From the NCBI GenBank assembly GCA_048885535.1, contig JBHLLO010000008.1, forward strand, positions 6,403 to 70,402: a stretch of 64,000 nt of DNA. The letters are read 5' to 3'. Made by a program: the position numbers and the translations under genes. Below the pieces are notes generated by a model. The model searched no databases. It saw nothing but the letters and a program-made list of their open reading frames with translations, and had not been told where the DNA came from. Below, piece after piece: positions 20,668-30,086 of this stretch. The stretch is from Candidatus Hermodarchaeota archaeon. GTDB taxonomy: Archaea; Asgardarchaeota; Lokiarchaeia; Sigyniarchaeales; SOKP01. Position 1 is the first letter of the stretch. Every line of letters starts with the position of its first letter.

Positions 20668-21723
20668 TTATGATTTTTTAAAGAAACTATCTAACGTTAA
20701 CTGTTTTCTAGAAAGTTCTTGTTTCCTTAGCCGTTCAAGGGCATTATTAACTCTTTGAGCTGAGAAATTGTGTTTCTCTATTAATAATTCTTGAATGCCT
20801 TCATAATTTATTTTCCTCCATACTATTTTTGGATACTCTTTCTTAACGTCTGGGTTAAGAAATATCTGTTTTACCTGATTAATTAACTCTAAATCTAACG
20901 TGATTTCCTTTCCTCTTACTTTTATTTTTTTCTTTAACATATTTTCAAGGGATTGATGTTCCTTTATCAGATTTAATGCTGTTTGTTGACCAATTCCTTT
21001 TATCCCTGGAAAAAAATCAGTTCCAATTAAGATACCCATTTCTACTAACTGTTCTCTTGTAATTTTTAAATTTTCCAAGAACTTCTCTAAAGATATATAT
21101 TCAATATCCAAAGTTTTCGTGGTATCTCTTACTTTTACTGTTCTGCTTATGGCAAAATTTCTAATTAAACGCTCTCCTCCAAACAGTAGAGTATCATAAT
21201 CCTGTGAAGCACATGCCCAAGCATCTCCAACTTCAACAAGGTATGCAGATTGAGCTTCACCTTCAGAACTTGCCTCCACGATGGGAATTCCAAAAAAATT
21301 TATTAATTTTTTACTTTCTTCAACCATACCATCATCTAATTTCGAGGTTAGTTGGGCGAATCTTTTAGCTTCTCTAAAATCCTCTTCCTCCTTAGCTTTT
21401 ATCATTTTCTCCTTATATTCTTCTTTAGTTTTTCTTCGATCTTCTATAGTGTCCATTTTTAATTCGGGTGGAGTCCCATCAAAAACGAAGATAGGTTTGA
21501 TATTATGTTCTAAAAAATTAATCGTTCTGTAAAACAATCCAGATAGATGAGAAGTTACATTCCCATCATCATCCATTAATAAAGTACCATCACTTTGACG
21601 AATAATTGCTAAAAATTGATATATTGTATTAAATGCATCTATAGCTATAGCACGATTAAAGAGATTTTCAAAAGTTATCGTTCTTTTTACATCTGTGAGG
21701 AGCTGGTTGATTTTAATTCCCAT
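20668..21723 (-). CDS. fen1: flap endonuclease 1
   Basis: XPG-N/XPG-I domains (MGIKI..., VFDG, ASSEGEAQSAYL, QDYDTLLFG), H3TH, and a C-terminal PIP-like QLTLDSFF. Confidence 0.9.
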   Translation of the reverse strand: MGIKINQLLTDVKRTITFENLFNRAIAIDAFNTIYQFLAIIRQSDGTLLMDDDGNVTSHLSGLFYRTINFLEHNIKPIFVFDGTPPELKMDTIEDRRKTKEEYKEKMIKAKEEEDFREAKRFAQLTSKLDDGMVEESKKLINFFGIPIVEASSEGEAQSAYLVEVGDAWACASQDYDTLLFGGERLIRNFAISRTVKVRDTTKTLDIEYISLEKFLENLKITREQLVEMGILIGTDFFPGIKGIGQQTALNLIKEHQSLENMLKKKIKVRGKEITLDLELINQVKQIFLNPDVKKEYPKIVWRKINYEGIQELLIEKHNFSAQRVNNALERLRKQELSRKQLTLDSFFKKS

Positions 21724-21781
21724 TTTTCATCTTTTTCTGAGTTTCTTGAATTAATATATTAATTTTTGTATATATTTCACA

Positions 21782-22339
21782 CTAAATATTAAGAACCTTT
21801 CTAGGTCTTCGTACTAATTTTGTACCACACACTTCACATGCTTTATATAAATTTTCAGCTTGATAAATCTTATGACATTGAGGACAATACACTTCGAATA
21901 TTATTTGTTTTTGGATCCCCTTTTTGTAAAAAGGAGAAAATTTTAAATTAAGTTTAGAACATAAATTTTCTATTGAATAGTCATTAGTATATAATATTAC
22001 ATCATTATCTTGAGAATTTGAAAGTTCTAAAGCTAAGGCTATTAGAGATTTATCAGCTTCAGATAGAGCGTTTAAATCTCCTGTGATCTTAGAGTTCTCC
22101 TCAACTATCTCAATAAAGTTTGATTTTGGGTCTTTAATATTTAACTTTTTGCTTTCTATAGCAACTTGAATTTTATTTAAAATGTTTCTGTTTTTATTAA
22201 AATATTTATTAACTTTAATCTCATCTATAATTTTAGAAGTAGTATAGATACTAGCGTCAAAAATATTTAAATCAATTCCTGTAAAAAAAATATTTGAATC
22301 AAAAACTAGAATTAAATTCTTCTTCTGGACTGTCATCAA
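21782..22339 (-). CDS. nob1: Nob1-like PIN-domain endonuclease with zinc ribbon
   Basis: N-terminal PIN (LVFDSNIF..., TNDYSIEN) plus C-terminal CPQC...CEVC. Confidence 0.6.
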   Translation of the reverse strand: MMTVQKKNLILVFDSNIFFTGIDLNIFDASIYTTSKIIDEIKVNKYFNKNRNILNKIQVAIESKKLNIKDPKSNFIEIVEENSKITGDLNALSEADKSLIALALELSNSQDNDVILYTNDYSIENLCSKLNLKFSPFYKKGIQKQIIFEVYCPQCHKIYQAENLYKACEVCGTKLVRRPRKVLNI

Positions 22340-23228
22340 TAGGAACCTTTAGAGTACCAATAATTTTTTTTCTTAGCCTCTTAAAATAATTCTCACTTAA
22401 ATTGCTAGAAAGACGTATAAATTTTATGTAAGCTTCTGCTTTACGTACTCTTATAACAGTGCTAGGTTGAATCTTTTTGAAGGTGCGTTGACCATCTATT
22501 ACAATTTTTGCGTTTAAACGAGGTCTTAGTAACTGAATCTCTACTTCACTATCAATGGGTAAAACAATAGGCTTTAGTCCTGATCTAGCAAAACTATTTA
22601 ATGGTGTAATTTGCATGATTTCTAAAGGAGATCTCACTATTGCTCCTCCAGCACTTAAATTATACGCGGTGGATCCAACTGAAGTAGAAATTATAATTCC
22701 GTCTAGATAACTTCTATTCAAAAATACTCCATCAATTTTAACTGAAACTAATAACACCTTTGAGCTTTTAGCCGATACGACCAAAATTTCATTTAAAGCG
22801 TTATTAAGCCTGATCTCTTCAGAATCCTTAACAATATATGGAGTTATCTTCGAACAAGTTTCCGTTATATAATCTCCGTTCAAAACTTTATTAAGATCAT
22901 TAAAGATTGTCCGTTCATTTGACTCATCCAAAAAACCAATAGATCCTATGTTCACTCCTAAAATTGGTGGTGCATTACGTTGAGGTAAACTACTTGCAAT
23001 CCTGAGGATGGTACCATCTCCACCAGTTGATACAATAAATTTTGTATTTTCCTCGGTCATTTCACTTAAATCTTTGCCACTATGTGGAAATATTTTTGGA
23101 GCAATTCTCGTTTCTAATTGAACAACTTCTCCTTTTTTAACGAGATATTCAAATAATCTCTTAGTTAATTTAATGGCCTGTTCGGAATCCATTCTGCAAG
23201 CTAAAGAAATCGCCTTCTTCTCCATCAA
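22299..23228 (-). CDS. ppnK: NAD kinase
   Basis: GGDGT motif (VSTGGDGTILR), and NE..V and STAYNLSAGG blocks. Confidence 0.85.
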   Translation of the reverse strand: MMEKKAISLACRMDSEQAIKLTKRLFEYLVKKGEVVQLETRIAPKIFPHSGKDLSEMTEENTKFIVSTGGDGTILRIASSLPQRNAPPILGVNIGSIGFLDESNERTIFNDLNKVLNGDYITETCSKITPYIVKDSEEIRLNNALNEILVVSAKSSKVLLVSVKIDGVFLNRSYLDGIIISTSVGSTAYNLSAGGAIVRSPLEIMQITPLNSFARSGLKPIVLPIDSEVEIQLLRPRLNAKIVIDGQRTFKKIQPSTVIRVRKAEAYIKFIRLSSNLSENYFKRLRKKIIGTLKVPIDDSPEEEFNSSF

Positions 23229-23339
23229 AATCAGCTTTTCATTTTTAATTTTTATTTAAATTTGTATTACTCAAAAAAAAATAATAAATTAAAGGAAAAT
23301 AAAATTTTGGATTTTCTAAATCCACTTAGAGTCAGAATT

Positions 23340-23768
23340 TTAACCAATAATAACTCTATTTATAAAAGTTTTTCCAGCGATCTGCCAGTACTCAACTTGA
23401 GCAGAAGATAATTTTGCTGGATTTGACTTTAAATCTTTCAATTTAGAAACTATATCCTCATCCGAAGGCCATTGGACATCAATAGAATTATATGATTCTA
23501 GGTCCATTATATTAATCAAATTATCTTCTATAAAATTAATTTGAGCGTTACCCTTTATTATTTCTGGAACCTCTACCATTGAACCTGAAGGGAATGTTAG
23601 GGATCTTTTATTATTGTCAAATAAACCTATACATACTACTCTAACTTTAGCATGCCCATGCTTTCCACTTTTCGAGCGTTCAGTCGATTTGATTACACAT
23701 GGCTCTCCTTCAATCATAATGTATTGTCCGGTTTTTAACTTCTGGATCTCAGTTCTTCTAATAGACAA
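23340..23768 (-). CDS. eif5a: translation initiation factor 5A
   Basis: Hypusine-site motif SKSGKHGHAKVR. 142 aa. Confidence 0.9.
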   Translation of the reverse strand: MSIRRTEIQKLKTGQYIMIEGEPCVIKSTERSKSGKHGHAKVRVVCIGLFDNNKRSLTFPSGSMVEVPEIIKGNAQINFIEDNLINIMDLESYNSIDVQWPSDEDIVSKLKDLKSNPAKLSSAQVEYWQIAGKTFINRVIIG

Positions 23769-23948
23769 TCAAAATTTCACCAATTCAAATTATTATAATC
23801 TTCAATATTCTTTTAAATTATATTTATTTTAAAAGAAATATTAATTTTTGGATAAATAATTATCTATTTCAAGACAAAGTAGAAAAAAAAGTTATTAGTT
23901 TTTGATAATATTAATTATTAGGATATAAAAATTACTTATAAGATAATA

Positions 23949-25328
23949 ATGGTACTTGAAAAGTTAGGACGATCTTTAGACCAAGCTATTAGAAAAATAA
24001 GAAGATTACCGTTAGTTGATAAGGATGCGATAAATGCTTTAATACAAGACCTACAAAGAAGCTTACTGAGCGCTGACGTAAAAGTTGAATTAGTATTTGA
24101 AATGACTGAAAATATCAAAAAAGAAGCTATGGATACACATCTCACGAAGGCAAAACGGAAAGATTTTGTAATAACCCTAGTTCATAATGAACTTATTAAG
24201 ACCTTGGGTGGAAAGCCTGCTCCAATTAGGATTAAACCGGGAAAAAGTAATGTGATTCTATTGGTTGGTATACAAGGGTCTGGAAAAACGACGACTGTGG
24301 CAAAACTATCACGCTTTTATAAAAACAAAGGGTACAAAGTAGCAGCAATTACAACAGACACTTATAGACCAGGAGCATATGAGCAACTACTTCAACTGAC
24401 AGAACAGATTGGAGTCAAATGTTTTGGTAATCCAAATGAGAAAAGTGCAATTAAGATCGCAGTAAAAGAAACTAAAAAAGCAATAAATGAAGGATATGAT
24501 ATTATTATTGTAGATACTGCTGGACGTCATAAGGAAGAAAAAGAATTAATGAAAGAAATGACTCAAATTGAACAATCATTAAAACCAAATGAAGTAATAC
24601 TAGTAATCGATGGAACGTTAGGTCAACAAGCTTACTCTCAGGCTGAAGAGTTTGCAAAAGCTACAAAAATTGGGAGTATAATAGTGACTAAGTTAGATGG
24701 GACTGCTAAAGGAGGAGGTGCTTTATCTGCTTGCGCAGCTACTAACCAGCCAATAAGATTTATTGGATTAGGAGAGAAAATTGATGAATTCGAAGAATTC
24801 GAACCAACTTCTTTTGTAGGGACTTTATTAGGTATTCCTGATTTAGAAAGTTTAGTAAAGAAAGTTCAAGAAGCAGAGGTAGATATTGATCCAGAAATGG
24901 CAAAAAGAATGATGCGAGGGAAATTCACATTAGATGATTTATATTATCAGCTAAAATCGATAAAAAAAGTAGGAAAAATGAAACAAATTTTAACTATGGT
25001 AGGAGGAGGTAATCTACCTGATGCTTTAAAGGATGATGCTGAGAGAAACTTAGAAAGGTGGGAAATTGTATTGAATTCGATGACTAGAGAAGAAAAGGAA
25101 AATCCAAAACTTATTAAGAAAACTAGGAAACAAAGGATCGCAATTGGAAGTGGTACAGATTATTCATTAATAAATCGAATGTTAGATCAATACAATCAAA
25201 TGAAAAAGTTTATGAAAAGATTTTTGCAATTACAAAAGAAGGGAAAGGGAGTTCCTTTTATTCCGGGAATGGGTAAAATGGATCCTTCTTTCTTTAGTAA
25301 ATTAGGAAAAGATTTTAAATTTAAATAA
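23949..25328 (+). CDS. srp54: signal recognition particle protein SRP54
   Basis: N-G-M architecture: GIQGSGKTTT, DTAGRH, TKLDG, and a Met-rich C-terminal M domain. Confidence 0.95.
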   Translation: MVLEKLGRSLDQAIRKIRRLPLVDKDAINALIQDLQRSLLSADVKVELVFEMTENIKKEAMDTHLTKAKRKDFVITLVHNELIKTLGGKPAPIRIKPGKSNVILLVGIQGSGKTTTVAKLSRFYKNKGYKVAAITTDTYRPGAYEQLLQLTEQIGVKCFGNPNEKSAIKIAVKETKKAINEGYDIIIVDTAGRHKEEKELMKEMTQIEQSLKPNEVILVIDGTLGQQAYSQAEEFAKATKIGSIIVTKLDGTAKGGGALSACAATNQPIRFIGLGEKIDEFEEFEPTSFVGTLLGIPDLESLVKKVQEAEVDIDPEMAKRMMRGKFTLDDLYYQLKSIKKVGKMKQILTMVGGGNLPDALKDDAERNLERWEIVLNSMTREEKENPKLIKKTRKQRIAIGSGTDYSLINRMLDQYNQMKKFMKRFLQLQKKGKGVPFIPGMGKMDPSFFSKLGKDFKFK

Positions 25329-25349
25329 TTTTATTAATTTTAGATTGAT

Positions 25350-25988
25350 TTGGCCGACTTTTTATTAATATTTGAAGATATTCCCTTTTATACAAAGAAG
25401 GATATTGATAAGGGGTTAACGCCGCTTGAAGTTTACAAATTATGCTCTTGTATAAGGGAAACTTTTTGTCTTTCTTATTCAATCAGAAAAGGGAACAATT
25501 TATATATATCGCTTTATAAAAAATTAGCTTTAATTAAATTTCAAGGAGATAAGCTAAGATTCTTAGGATCAGACGAAAGGTCACAGGAAATTTTATTAAA
25601 TAAAGCGATAACTAAAATTTATGAAATTAATATGAGTAATATATGGAAAAAATCAACTGCTGGAATTTTTATTAGAAAGATCGAGAGTCTAAGAAAATTG
25701 CAACACTTTATTGAGTTAATAAGTCATAATAGAATTATTATACAAAACAATTATATTCAAGGAGAATATTATTTGACTATTAAACAATTAAAAAGTTTAA
25801 CAGATTTAAACAATTATCTCTTTATTTTACCAGATTATCATAATGGATCAAAAAATCCCAACATTTTCGCTATATTAGAAAGACTGAGTAATTTAAAATT
25901 TGTAATGTTTCCCAGAATTAATAAAATCGAAAATAAATTATTATTTATCAACTATATTATTGATCAACAAAAGAGCTCTTCAATTTAG
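25350..25988 (+). CDS. TrmY-like SPOUT methyltransferase (tRNA pseudouridine54 N1-methyltransferase family, DUF358)
   Basis: By-eye blocks shared with archaeal TrmY: LCSCIRETFCLSYSIR, IKFQGDKLRFLGSDERS, STAGIFIRK. TTG start. Confidence 0.45.
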   Translation: MADFLLIFEDIPFYTKKDIDKGLTPLEVYKLCSCIRETFCLSYSIRKGNNLYISLYKKLALIKFQGDKLRFLGSDERSQEILLNKAITKIYEINMSNIWKKSTAGIFIRKIESLRKLQHFIELISHNRIIIQNNYIQGEYYLTIKQLKSLTDLNNYLFILPDYHNGSKNPNIFAILERLSNLKFVMFPRINKIENKLLFINYIIDQQKSSSI

Positions 25989-25995
25989 ATTAGAT

Positions 25996-27399
25996 ATGAT
26001 ATTAAAAAATGCAAACATCTATATCAACGGAGAAATAAAAGAGGGAATTTTATTTATTCAAAATGAAGTTATTGAATCAATTTTATTAGGAACTAATCAA
26101 AAAAATCTGAATATAATAAGGCAAAAAAATCAAGATGGTATTGAGCTTAACTGTGAAAAGAGAATAATTTTACCAGGAATTATAGATATTCATTCCCATT
26201 TAAGAGATATGGGTGAAAGTCATAAAGAGACTTACATAACAGGAACAAAAGCTGCAGCTTTTTCCGGGATTACCACTATTTTTAATATGCCTAACACAAT
26301 TCCACCTGCTAATACATCAGAACGTATAAAAGAATGGATGAATAAAGCACTGAATAATATATTTGTTGATACCGGATTTATCGCTGGAGTTCCCGAAGGA
26401 ATTAATGAAGAAGAAATAGAAAAAATTATTAAATTAGGGGTTATTGGTTTTAAAATTTATCCATTAAAACCTTTAAGTGGCACTAATTGGAAAAACCCCT
26501 CAAATATTCAAAAAATCTTACTTATTTCATCGAAATTTCAAATTCCCATTTTTATCCATCCAGATTGGCCTTCTTCCAAAATAAAAAAAGAAAGACTAAT
26601 AGATATGAATATACAGAGAGGAACTCCTCTTTTACAAATTCATAATAACCTTTATCCATGTAAAAGGGAAACGATGTTTATTAAATTTGTTCTAGAAAAT
26701 TATTTTACAGTTATAGGGGATTACACCTTACCTCCTGAAAAATATCCTATCGTTCACTTTTGTCACATTAGTTGTAAAGAAAGCATTAAAGAGCTCACTC
26801 TTTATGATGAATATGATATTAAGCCGAATATCTCTTTTGAAGTCACTCCGCACCATCTATTATTAAATTATAATATTGATTTAGAAATCCCAAGTTATGG
26901 TAAAGTCCTACCGCCCTTAAGACAAAAATCTAATCCTAAATACCTATTCAATAAATTAAAGAAAGGTAAAATAAAATATATTGGAACTGATCATGCACCT
27001 CATACCATTGAAGAAAAATCATTACCTTTTTTTGAAGCACCCTCTGGGTTTCCTGGATTTGAAACTTATACACTACTACTTTTGGATAAAGTTTTTCAAG
27101 ATCAATTAAAATTGCACTATTTTGTTCAAGCAGCAGCAGAAAATCCTGCGTTAAAGTTTAATTTGAAAATGAAAGGTTTTATTAAAGAACAATATTATGC
27201 TGACCTATTAATTATTGAAAAAGTTGAAGATCACCCAATAGATGTCCAGGAATTTAAAACTAAAGCTAAATATACTCCATTTGAAAATTCTAAATTTTCT
27301 GATCAATTAACTTCGGCTAAAATTTGGAAGGTAATACTGAGAGGTAAGGAAATTAATATTGAAAATAGTGCTCCAAGTGGTAGAATAATTACAATGTAA
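25996..27399 (+). CDS. pyrC: dihydroorotase-like cyclic amidohydrolase
   Basis: Metal-ligand motifs IDIHSHLRD and GTDHAPHT. ATG 25996 avoids overlap with the upstream gene. Confidence 0.7.
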   Translation: MILKNANIYINGEIKEGILFIQNEVIESILLGTNQKNLNIIRQKNQDGIELNCEKRIILPGIIDIHSHLRDMGESHKETYITGTKAAAFSGITTIFNMPNTIPPANTSERIKEWMNKALNNIFVDTGFIAGVPEGINEEEIEKIIKLGVIGFKIYPLKPLSGTNWKNPSNIQKILLISSKFQIPIFIHPDWPSSKIKKERLIDMNIQRGTPLLQIHNNLYPCKRETMFIKFVLENYFTVIGDYTLPPEKYPIVHFCHISCKESIKELTLYDEYDIKPNISFEVTPHHLLLNYNIDLEIPSYGKVLPPLRQKSNPKYLFNKLKKGKIKYIGTDHAPHTIEEKSLPFFEAPSGFPGFETYTLLLLDKVFQDQLKLHYFVQAAAENPALKFNLKMKGFIKEQYYADLLIIEKVEDHPIDVQEFKTKAKYTPFENSKFSDQLTSAKIWKVILRGKEINIENSAPSGRIITM

Positions 27400-27460
27400 A
27401 CTATAAATGAACGTAGAATCTATCTATTATTATTAAGAATTTTTTTATTAAAAATAACCT

Positions 27461-28099
27461 ATGTCAAATAACGAGATTTTTAGTTTAGAAGACGGAAAAA
27501 TCTTAATACAATTCGCAAGAGAAAATATTAAACATTATTTAAAAAACAATAAGAGCATACCTGTTCCGGAGGATATCAAAGAGAAATTTTCAGAAAATTA
27601 TGGAGCTTTTGTGACCTTGAATGTTTATAATGTTACAGGAAATCCTTTAAGAGGTTGTATTGGTTATATCGAGCCAACTTATCCTTTATATGATGTAATC
27701 CATAAGGTTTCAATTAGCTCTGCTGTAGAAGATCCACGCTTTCCATCTGTTTCGATTGAAGAAATGGATAATATCGTTATAGAAGTTTCTATATTAACTC
27801 CTCCGAAGTTGATTACAGTTAAGGAACCAAAGGAGTATCTATCTAAGATAGTAATTGGAAGAGATGGTTTGATTATTGAAAGAGGGATGAGGCGTGGTTT
27901 ACTTTTGCCTCAAGTTCCTATTGAACATGATAGAAATTGGGATGTTGAAACTTTTTTAAAACATACTTGTAATAAAGCATGGCTATCAGATGATGCTTGG
28001 AAAGACGAAAATACTAAAATTTATTCTTTTCAAGCAATAATTTTTGAAGAAAAAAAACCGAATGGAGAAGTGAAGAGAAAGTATCTAGCACCATCATAA
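27461..28099 (+). CDS. AMMECR1-domain protein
   Basis: LRGCIGYIEP, DPRFP and GLLLPQV motifs. Confidence 0.85.
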   Translation: MSNNEIFSLEDGKILIQFARENIKHYLKNNKSIPVPEDIKEKFSENYGAFVTLNVYNVTGNPLRGCIGYIEPTYPLYDVIHKVSISSAVEDPRFPSVSIEEMDNIVIEVSILTPPKLITVKEPKEYLSKIVIGRDGLIIERGMRRGLLLPQVPIEHDRNWDVETFLKHTCNKAWLSDDAWKDENTKIYSFQAIIFEEKKPNGEVKRKYLAPS

Positions 28100-28130
28100 A
28101 TGATATGTGGAGGGAGTCTAAGGAGATTTT

Positions 28131-29636
28131 ATGGAAAATTTAATTATAACTATTGATATTTCTTCAAACTCGGTTAAAGTTGGTCTTGTATCTGAATCTC
28201 TAACCATAAATTCAGTAATAAACCAAAAATTTAAAGTCATTGACGAGGATATTGATGGAATAGCTAAAAGGTTCAATATGGATGAGATATGGAATAAGGT
28301 GTTAACTGGAATTCAATTATTGTTAAATGAGTATAAATCAAAAGAACCTAATATTATTGGAATTTCCTCTTGTGCACAAAGAATTGCTACAGTATTTGTA
28401 GACAATAAAGGAAGAGAAATCTATGGAGGTCCAAATACAGATGTGCGGGGGATAGATGCAGGATATATTATTGATGATGAATTTTCAGAAGAAGACTTAT
28501 TTGAAATAACGGGACATAGCCCTTCATTGCTATTTTGTTTAGCACGTTTGTTATGGTTCAGAGAAGAGGATGAACAGAATTATAATAGAATTAATAAGGT
28601 TTTAATGTTAGATGATTGGTTAATCTATCGCCTTTCAGGGGAATTTTGTACTGATTTATCATCATCATCTGAATCTCAATTAATAGATATCAAAAGGCGC
28701 GAATGGAGTTCAGAAATTATCCAAACTTTTAATTTTGATCCAGCATTTTTTCCCAAAATTGTGGATTCTGGTTCAATAGTAGGCGAATTAAAATCAGATT
28801 TAAAAACCAGATTTAATTTAAAACAAACAGAGATTCCAATTATTAAAACAGGTGGAGATACACAAGCTTCTTTATTAGGAATGGGAGTCATAGAGGAGGG
28901 AGATATTGGAATTAGTTTAGGTACTACTTCACCACTCGATTTAGTCATAAATAAACCGATTATGGATCCAGAACACAATTTCTGGACTTCATGCCACTTG
29001 TTAGAAAACAAATGGCTAATTGAGGCTCATGCAGGTAATACAGGAGCAGCATACAATTGGTTTAAAGATTCCTTTTTAAGGGGGGATGAAGATTCCATTA
29101 ATCTTTCACTAGAATCCTATTTAAAAAATACTCAACCTGGAACTTTTCCAATATATTCATATTTAGGACCTGAGAAAATGAATATTAAGAATCAAACATC
29201 AATAAAAAGAGGTATTTTTATATTCCCCCCCCCAATTATGATTTTAGAAAAATTACCTCGCTTTGAACATTTTTTAAGAAGCGTTATCGAGAATATAGCC
29301 TTTGGAGTCTATGAAAATCATCATTTTTTACAAAAATTTCTAGATTTGGAGCCAACAACATATTGTGCTGGAGGAATGACTAAATCAAAAGAGTTTTGCA
29401 AGATTTTAGCAAATGTTTTGAATACAAAAATCACAACTCCATCTATTAAGGAATCTTCGATTATAGGTGTAGCATTAAATGTCTTGAAAGCCCTGAAATA
29501 CTATCCAGATTATGATACTATTATTAATAAATTTGTAGAATTTGAAAAATTTCAACCAGTATCTTCAATCTCAGACAATTATAAGAATATTTATAATCAA
29601 TGGAAATTTTTCAAACAAAAAATTGACGACTTATAA
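28131..29636 (+). CDS. FGGY-family carbohydrate kinase (divergent)
   Basis: FGGY N and C domains (GGDTQASLLG, GNTGAAYNWF). The N-terminal phosphate loop is degenerate (IDISSNSVK). Confidence 0.7.
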   Translation: MENLIITIDISSNSVKVGLVSESLTINSVINQKFKVIDEDIDGIAKRFNMDEIWNKVLTGIQLLLNEYKSKEPNIIGISSCAQRIATVFVDNKGREIYGGPNTDVRGIDAGYIIDDEFSEEDLFEITGHSPSLLFCLARLLWFREEDEQNYNRINKVLMLDDWLIYRLSGEFCTDLSSSSESQLIDIKRREWSSEIIQTFNFDPAFFPKIVDSGSIVGELKSDLKTRFNLKQTEIPIIKTGGDTQASLLGMGVIEEGDIGISLGTTSPLDLVINKPIMDPEHNFWTSCHLLENKWLIEAHAGNTGAAYNWFKDSFLRGDEDSINLSLESYLKNTQPGTFPIYSYLGPEKMNIKNQTSIKRGIFIFPPPIMILEKLPRFEHFLRSVIENIAFGVYENHHFLQKFLDLEPTTYCAGGMTKSKEFCKILANVLNTKITTPSIKESSIIGVALNVLKALKYYPDYDTIINKFVEFEKFQPVSSISDNYKNIYNQWKFFKQKIDDL

Positions 29637-29688
29637 AAAATAGATTTTTAGCATTAACATATAAATTATTTTTTAGAAAGTTATTATT

Positions 29689-30039
29689 ATGAAAGATTTT
29701 TCAAATATTGAGGATTGCTTAAAAGAAATTGAAAATCGTTATGTTAATACTGAAAAAGTAAGGAAAAAGCTAGCTAGTTTTAATGAACCCATTCAAGTAA
29801 AATTCTTAGATACCAATAGACACGTGCTACTTTTAATCAATAAAGATCAAGGGATTGAAATCAAGGATCAGTTTAGAGATGATAATGCTACAGTAAAAAT
29901 TGAATTCACTATGGAACAAGATATGATAGATTTATTTAATAAGGAACTTGGTGCCGTTAAAGCTTACTCTATTGGAAAGATAAAAATAATTGAAGGTAAT
30001 ATGCGAAACTTAATGAGACTTAAGAGCTTAATGTTTTAA
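29689..30039 (+). CDS. SCP2 (sterol-carrier-protein-2)-domain protein
   Basis: 116 aa. The C-terminal ...GAVKAYSIGKIKIIEGNMRNLMRLKSLMF resembles the SCP2 signature. Confidence 0.55.
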   Translation: MKDFSNIEDCLKEIENRYVNTEKVRKKLASFNEPIQVKFLDTNRHVLLLINKDQGIEIKDQFRDDNATVKIEFTMEQDMIDLFNKELGAVKAYSIGKIKIIEGNMRNLMRLKSLMF

Positions 30040-30086
30040 ACACGAGTTATAAATTAAAAAAATAAAATCATAAAGAAGTTCTTATT